A DNA stretch of 64,000 nt from the NCBI GenBank assembly GCA_951406725.2, contig OX597831.1:70370001-70434000 (forward strand). Reading direction: 5' to 3'. Position 1 is the first letter of the stretch, and each line of letters starts with the position of its first letter. The DNA comes from Octopus vulgaris. Taxonomy: Eukaryota. The translations under genes were made by a program, and so were the position numbers. The notes beneath the pieces were generated by a model. That model did not search any database, was not told where the DNA came from, and saw nothing but the letters and a program-made list of their open reading frames with translations. Below are positions 58,570-64,000 of the stretch, piece after piece.

Positions 58570-59420
58570 TCAAGTTTTACATTCTGAGTTCAAATCCTGT
58601 TATAACATTTTATACTCCAAAGTTGATAAAATAAAGTACTGATAAAATAAAGTACTGGAGTTGATATACTTGACTGACCCTAACCATCAACATTTCTGAC
58701 TTTGTACTTGTGTCAGAAGCATATATTATTTATTGGGGGAATGGTTTGATAGAATCAGTTGAGTGTCGGACAAAATATTTTGTTGTATTTTCTTCCAGCT
58801 GTTTATGATTAGAGTTCAAATCCTGCTGTGGTCAACTTCGCCTTTTATCCCCACCACCTTGGTCAATAAAATAAGTTACCACTCAGTTATTAGAGCTGAT
58901 AGTATGGCTGGCCCTCCCCCAAATTTCGGGCCTTATCCATATCTGTGAGCTAACAATATTTTTAAAGCATTAAGCAAAATGACTTGTGGTAATTCTTGTT
59001 TTAGGTTCAAATTATAGTAAGGCCACCTTTGCCTTTTATCTCTCTAGGGTTGATAAAATATATTACCCGCCAAGTACTGGGTGATGGTATCAGCTTATCC
59101 CTATTCCCAAATATTTGTGTCATGTGCCTATATTAGAAACAATAAAGAGTAATAGACTGACACTGGGGACTATGTAATCAAATTCCCTCGAAATTACTGA
59201 CCTTGTGCCAGTATTTGAAACCTTCATCATCATCATCATCAGATTGGCAGAATTGCTAGAGCATCAAAGAAAGTGCCTTCCAATATTTCTTCAGCTGTTT
59301 ACATTCTGATTTCAATTCTCATCTAGGCATCTTTGCCTTTCATCCCTTCGGTTGAATAATGAGGTTGATTTAATAGACTAATCCCCTAATGTCAAATTTC
59401 TGCTTTTGCACTTATGTTAG
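58570..59420 (+). mobile_element. Head-to-tail chain of about five decayed family B SINEs
   Basis: Repeated GTTCAAAT..CTTTGCCTTT(T/C)ATC..GTTGATAAAAT..GTACTGG motifs. Confidence 0.65.
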
Positions 59421-59759
59421 AAATTATCACTATTGTTGTTATTATTGTTGTATTTTGGAATAACTGGACATGTTACAAGTCGCTATAAGAAAAATAAATT
59501 GTTATCAAGCCTTACTAGATTAAAATTTTTCGTTTTAAAAATAGTTTGCGAATAAAGGAGTTTAAAATGTGCAGACATCTCCCCAAATATCTGGAGTAAA
59601 CAAAAGGCCTGTTTTTGTTTTAGAACCTATTTCAATTTTTCTCAAAATTTTTTTGTGTTTGCATTTAATTCCATATGACTTCAAGGCTGAATCAAAAGTT
59701 TTTTTGCATGTCAAGCTTTAACAGCTGAAACAAATTACAGAAAAAAACATTTATTCATG

Positions 59760-60660
59760 AAAATATATTCCATAATATTCTATTGTCTGTTGCCATCGCT
59801 GTGCCAGAAACTCAATCCCATGCTTATATCATTTGACTGGTTTACAGACAAAACCTCCCTGTGCCTGTTTTCAGCCTCATTCACATTGTTGAATCTCTGT
59901 CTTGGAAAAGGTGGTAATCTGATGGTTCAAGGTCTGGAATGTAGGCAGGCTGAAGTAGCACTTCCAGCCCCTTAAGTACTTCAAGTTTGCACTTGGTCAC
60001 ATTGGCAGTGCGTGCTGGGGCATTGTCATTCTGTAGGATTGACAAATGTTAGATAGTGGGCTTTCAAAGCATCATATGCTCACTGTTATTGCTGAGAATA
60101 AAGGTTAACATTCACAGCACGACCATCTGGGACAGGCTCAAAGTGCAACACCCTCTCGAAATTCCCCAAACACACAGCATGACCCTCTGTTCAACCTGCC
60201 ATTGTCTGAGAATAGGTTCTGAAGCCTGACTGGAATGAAAACACTGATTTCGCTTATTAGAATTATGAAGATCTTATTAGAATTACGAAGATCCATTTTT
60301 CATCCACAGTTGGTGTTCAATGCCAAAAATGAGCATGTCAGGGATTTGTCAGCAGCTGTTTGCAAATGTTCACATGTTCCTAAACCTGATCATTGATCAG
60401 TTCATGAGGAGCTCCTTGACAGCATCTGTTTACAAGGCTGAGCTTATGGATATGTCAACTGATGGTGCTTTGTAAAGGATCAAGTTCTGCTGACATGCAT
60501 GAGTGCTTGTGATTGGCTGTTGTTCAAACATTTCAAGTCAAAGCTCATCTTCCACAATGGTTTGTCTTCAAGGCTGATATCCCTTTCCATGAACTGCCAG
60601 AATCAGTTTTGTGCCACCTGTTTGTTGACAGTTCCTGGACTATCGATATCAGTAATTTCT
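59760..60660 (-). pseudogene. Degenerate mariner (DD34D) transposase
   Basis: APHELINDQ..VNICKQLL; TVDEKWI; FEPVPDGRAVN..YSQQ; LQNDNAPART; PDLEPSDYHLF. Confidence 0.88.
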
Positions 60661-60684
60661 TTTGCTGTTGCCTTTGCATTCTCT

Positions 60685-61090
60685 CTCTTTTACTCTTTTA
60701 CTCTTTTACTTGTTTCAGTCATTTGACTGCGGCCATGCTGGAGCACTGCCTTTAGTCAAGCAAATCGACCCCGGGACTTATTCTTTTTGTAAGCCCAGTA
60801 CTTATTCTATCGGTCGCTTTTGCCGAACTGCTAAGTAACGGGAACGTAAACACACCAGCATCGGTTGTCAAGCAATGCTAGGGCAACAAACACACACACA
60901 TACACATACACACACATATATATATATACATATATACAACAGGCTTCTTTCAGTTTCCGTCTACCAAATCCACTCACAAGGCATTGGTTGGCCCGGGGCT
61001 ATAGCAGAAGATACTTGCCCAAGATGCCACACAGTGGGACTGAACCCGGAACCATGTGGTTGGTTAGCCAGCTACTTACCACACAGCCAA
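60685..61090 (-). mobile_element. SINE family A
   Basis: Full body and tail. Confidence 0.9.
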
Positions 61091-61479
61091 ATTTTTCCTA
61101 AAGCACCTACTTTTTTAGCGAGCGTTTCTGTTTTCAATCCCTTATCTTATGCTTTTCTCTGTTTTCAGATTTTTATATAAGGATAATTTCTCCATTTATT
61201 TCATAGACTTTGTGCTGGGACTGATACTTCAGTCTGATGACACTTTTCTGACATTATTCAATCAATTCGTTTTTCTTTGAAAGCTTTTCTGATTTATGTT
61301 TTCACTAATTCTTTAGTTTTTGTATTTTATGATACTAGCATAGCTTACTTGTATGAAGGATTCAACACTTTAATGCATGTAGATATACTATAGCTGTCTT
61401 TCTTGACAGTCAGGGACATTGCAATTGGTTGTTTCTTCACAATCTTCGTATTTCTTTTCAGTTATTTTGCATATTTTCA

Positions 61480-61673
61480 TTATCATCATCATCATTTAGC
61501 GTCCGCTTTACATGCTAGCATGGGTTGGACGGTTCAACTGAGGTCTGGGAAGCCAGAAGGCTGCACCAGGTCCAGTCTGATCTGGCAGTGTTTCTATGGC
61601 TGGATGCCCTTCCTAACGCCAACCACTCCGTGAGTGTAGTGGGTGCTTTTTACGTGCCACCTGCACGGAGGCC
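61480..61673 (-). mobile_element. RTE-type 3' end repeat with (GAT)n tail
   Basis: Reverse complement of the 7140-7335 segment. Confidence 0.88.
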
Positions 61674-61801
61674 ATTCATTGAATATTTTTGGCTGTTTAT
61701 GGCTGGAAGTCTTGTTCAACAGTCAAATGTTCTTTTACTCTTTAGCATTCAGGTTACACTTTCAAATGCGATACTTTTTTATTCACATTGTTTTTAATTA
61801 A

Positions 61802-62021
61802 CCCTTTAGTATTTAAACCAGCCATTTCTGGCCCAAATATTCTACTTATGTTATGTTCAGGCTGGCCATATTCAACCTCTCACACCTACCCTACAATGTC
61901 GTTCTAAAAATAAGCAACCACATCATCAAAATCTTAAAGCTATAAGATAATGCATGATTACTTCAAAACAGTGTGAATCAAAAAGCATTAAATTTGATGG
62001 AGTACTCTGAATATTAAAGGG
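61802..62021. mobile_element. piggyBac-like MITE nested in an older related element (~61735-62140)
   Basis: TTAA|CCCTTTAGTATT ... AATATTAAAGGG|TTAA. Confidence 0.8.
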
Positions 62022-62368
62022 TTAATCTTGCATTATTTTGTAGCTATGAGATTTTGATGAGGTAACTGTTAATTTTTAGAATATTGTAAGCAGGTGTGAG
62101 AAGCAATATCTGGCCAGTGTGGACATAAAACAGGTAGAAGAAGATTTCACCTTTGTTCAGTTTTATTAGACATAGGGTCTTATAGGATCTTTACTTGTCA
62201 ATGTCTTGACATGTCAGTCTATACTTTTTAGTTTAAGATAGAGTCTATAGCATTTTGAACTTACTATTTCTTTAGTCTTAAGGATTCAATTGCTTTTTCA
62301 CTGAGACATTGCTTCATGTCCTTCATGTATGCCTACATTAAATATTTCAGCAGCTGTTTATTTTGTGT

Positions 62369-62462
62369 TTCGAAATATAAACAAGTGCTGCACCTAATTA
62401 CTGGTATGGAGAGTTGATATCTCAGACCAATTATGTAGGTGCACCACTTGTTTATTTTGAAT
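62369..62462. repeat. ~90-nt imperfect hairpin
   Basis: AAATATAAACAAGTGCTGCACCTA...TAGGTGCACCACTTGTTTATTTT. Confidence 0.75.
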
Positions 62463-63019
62463 ATCATCTGCAGTAATTCCTTCATACATGTTTCTCCCTA
62501 AAATGTTCTTTTCTTACAGTTAGCCCTTCGTCCATTTCTATTTTATTTTTAAAAGTTCTTAAAAAACTTATTCTCGGTTGTAGTCAAAAAGTGTACTTTA
62601 CTCAAAACTTTTTTCTTTTCATAATGACATCTGAAACAAGTGAAGATCCCTTACTCCATATGTTCCTTGTTTTAGACAACTTCTGTTCCTGCTATAATAT
62701 TTTTCTGTAATATTTGACTGATTTCCTTTTTACATGCCTAACTTTTTATTTTTGACTCCATTAATGATTGAGAAATTTTTAATTTTCTATATGTTTGGGT
62801 TTAATTTTGTTTGCTTGGGTTTTTTCCCTCTCTCCCTCCTTCTCTTGCTATTCCTTCTAGCTAGGTAACTAAATATCTCCTTTATACCAATTTACACCAC
62901 CCATATATACACCTGTTTCTGTCTCTCTCACACTCTAACCTTTCATTAACTGACACAAGATCCCCCCCTCCAATTCCCCCTCCCCTCTCAAAATTCCTTG
63001 TCTTGCAAGTTACTTGGGA

Positions 63020-63322
63020 ACATTGCCAGTGCTGGTGCCACATAAAAAGCATCCAGTCCACACTGTAAAGTGGTTGGCATTTGGAAGGGCATCCAGCTGT
63101 GAAAATTATGCCAAACTGACCTCGCCTGTGCTGGTTCCATGTAAAAGGCACTCTGTCCAATCTACAGAGTGATTGGTGTCAGGAAGGGCATCCATCCGTA
63201 AAAACCCTGCCAAAACAGACACAGTAACCTTGGGTAGTTTTCTACTTGGCTGGCTCTTGTCAAACCATTCAACTCATGCCTGCATGGAAGATGGACGTTA
63301 AATGATGATGACGATGGTGATG
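63020..63322 (+). mobile_element. Diverged RTE-type 3' end repeat with internal duplication
   Basis: Two GGAAGGGCATCCA blocks; GGACGTTAAATGATGATG end. Confidence 0.7.
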
Positions 63323-64000
63323 GAAATAAAGTGACCATTGCTTTTATGAAACTGCTATGTCTACATATATGTTTTGGTTTATGAGAGCGACACAGTAAAC
63401 AGTATTATACAAACACGTAGCCAACAGCTTCATTTGAACTGAGAAGATATTGGTTTCATTGATGGAGCTCATATCTGAATAAATCAGCAGATAATGAAGC
63501 ACTATGGAATAGTAATTCAATACTAAAACCTACTCTGATTGAAAAAGTTTCTGAGCAGCCTTTTATATTTATTTTGTTTATAGGCATGAAACATGACAGT
63601 TGTAAGTGAGGAAGAACACATGTTCAAAGACCTTTTTTTTTCCATTTCTCAATTATAAAGGAAGGAATGAACTCATAAAGCTGCGTCGGCAAGTCAAATA
63701 AATTTCCATGCAAAAATCTGCCGTCTGGGTGAAAGGTCGTTTTTAAAATGATCTTAAAAAGACTACTAAGGCTGGAAGTACAATTTAAAGAATTTACACC
63801 AGCCTTATATACAATTTTCCAAATCAGAGTCTAGAAAAAGATTTTGCAGCAGAAACATTTAATTGTTCTGTCCCTCTTCTTTTCAGGGATTTTCTTTTTT
63901 ACTTAAGGGTATTATGTTCCTTTCTCACTCTGCCACTTACCAGCTATACACAGACACTTAAATTGCGTTAGTTATCACTATTTTATCATTAAGTTCTCAT

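Overview
AT-rich, repeat-dense animal genomic DNA. The SINE types, (AAT)n/(TA)n/(GT)n density, TTAGGG repeats and 5S sequence suggest a cephalopod such as Octopus (inference). I could not support any host protein-coding gene, so the window is probably intergenic or intronic. It contains: (1) a heavily decayed endogenous copy of a negative-strand RNA virus (Mononegavirales-type) L polymerase gene at ~200-6300 on the minus strand, with RdRp motifs A, C and D, then capping-region and methyltransferase-region remnants, all in viral order; (2) a solitary 5S rRNA gene copy; (3) a young, 5'-truncated CR1-clade LINE with an intact endonuclease+RT frame; (4) remnants of R4/Dong, RTE, Tc1 and mariner elements; (5) one intact and several decayed Penelope-type hammerhead ribozyme motifs, plus long palindromes; (6) non-autonomous DNA elements (hAT, piggyBac-like, Helitron, and a Mutator-like MITE carrying a TTAGGG array); (7) many SINE copies from three families plus (GAT)n-tailed RTE 3' ends. 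All motif calls come from manual translation and pairing, and no database search was run.
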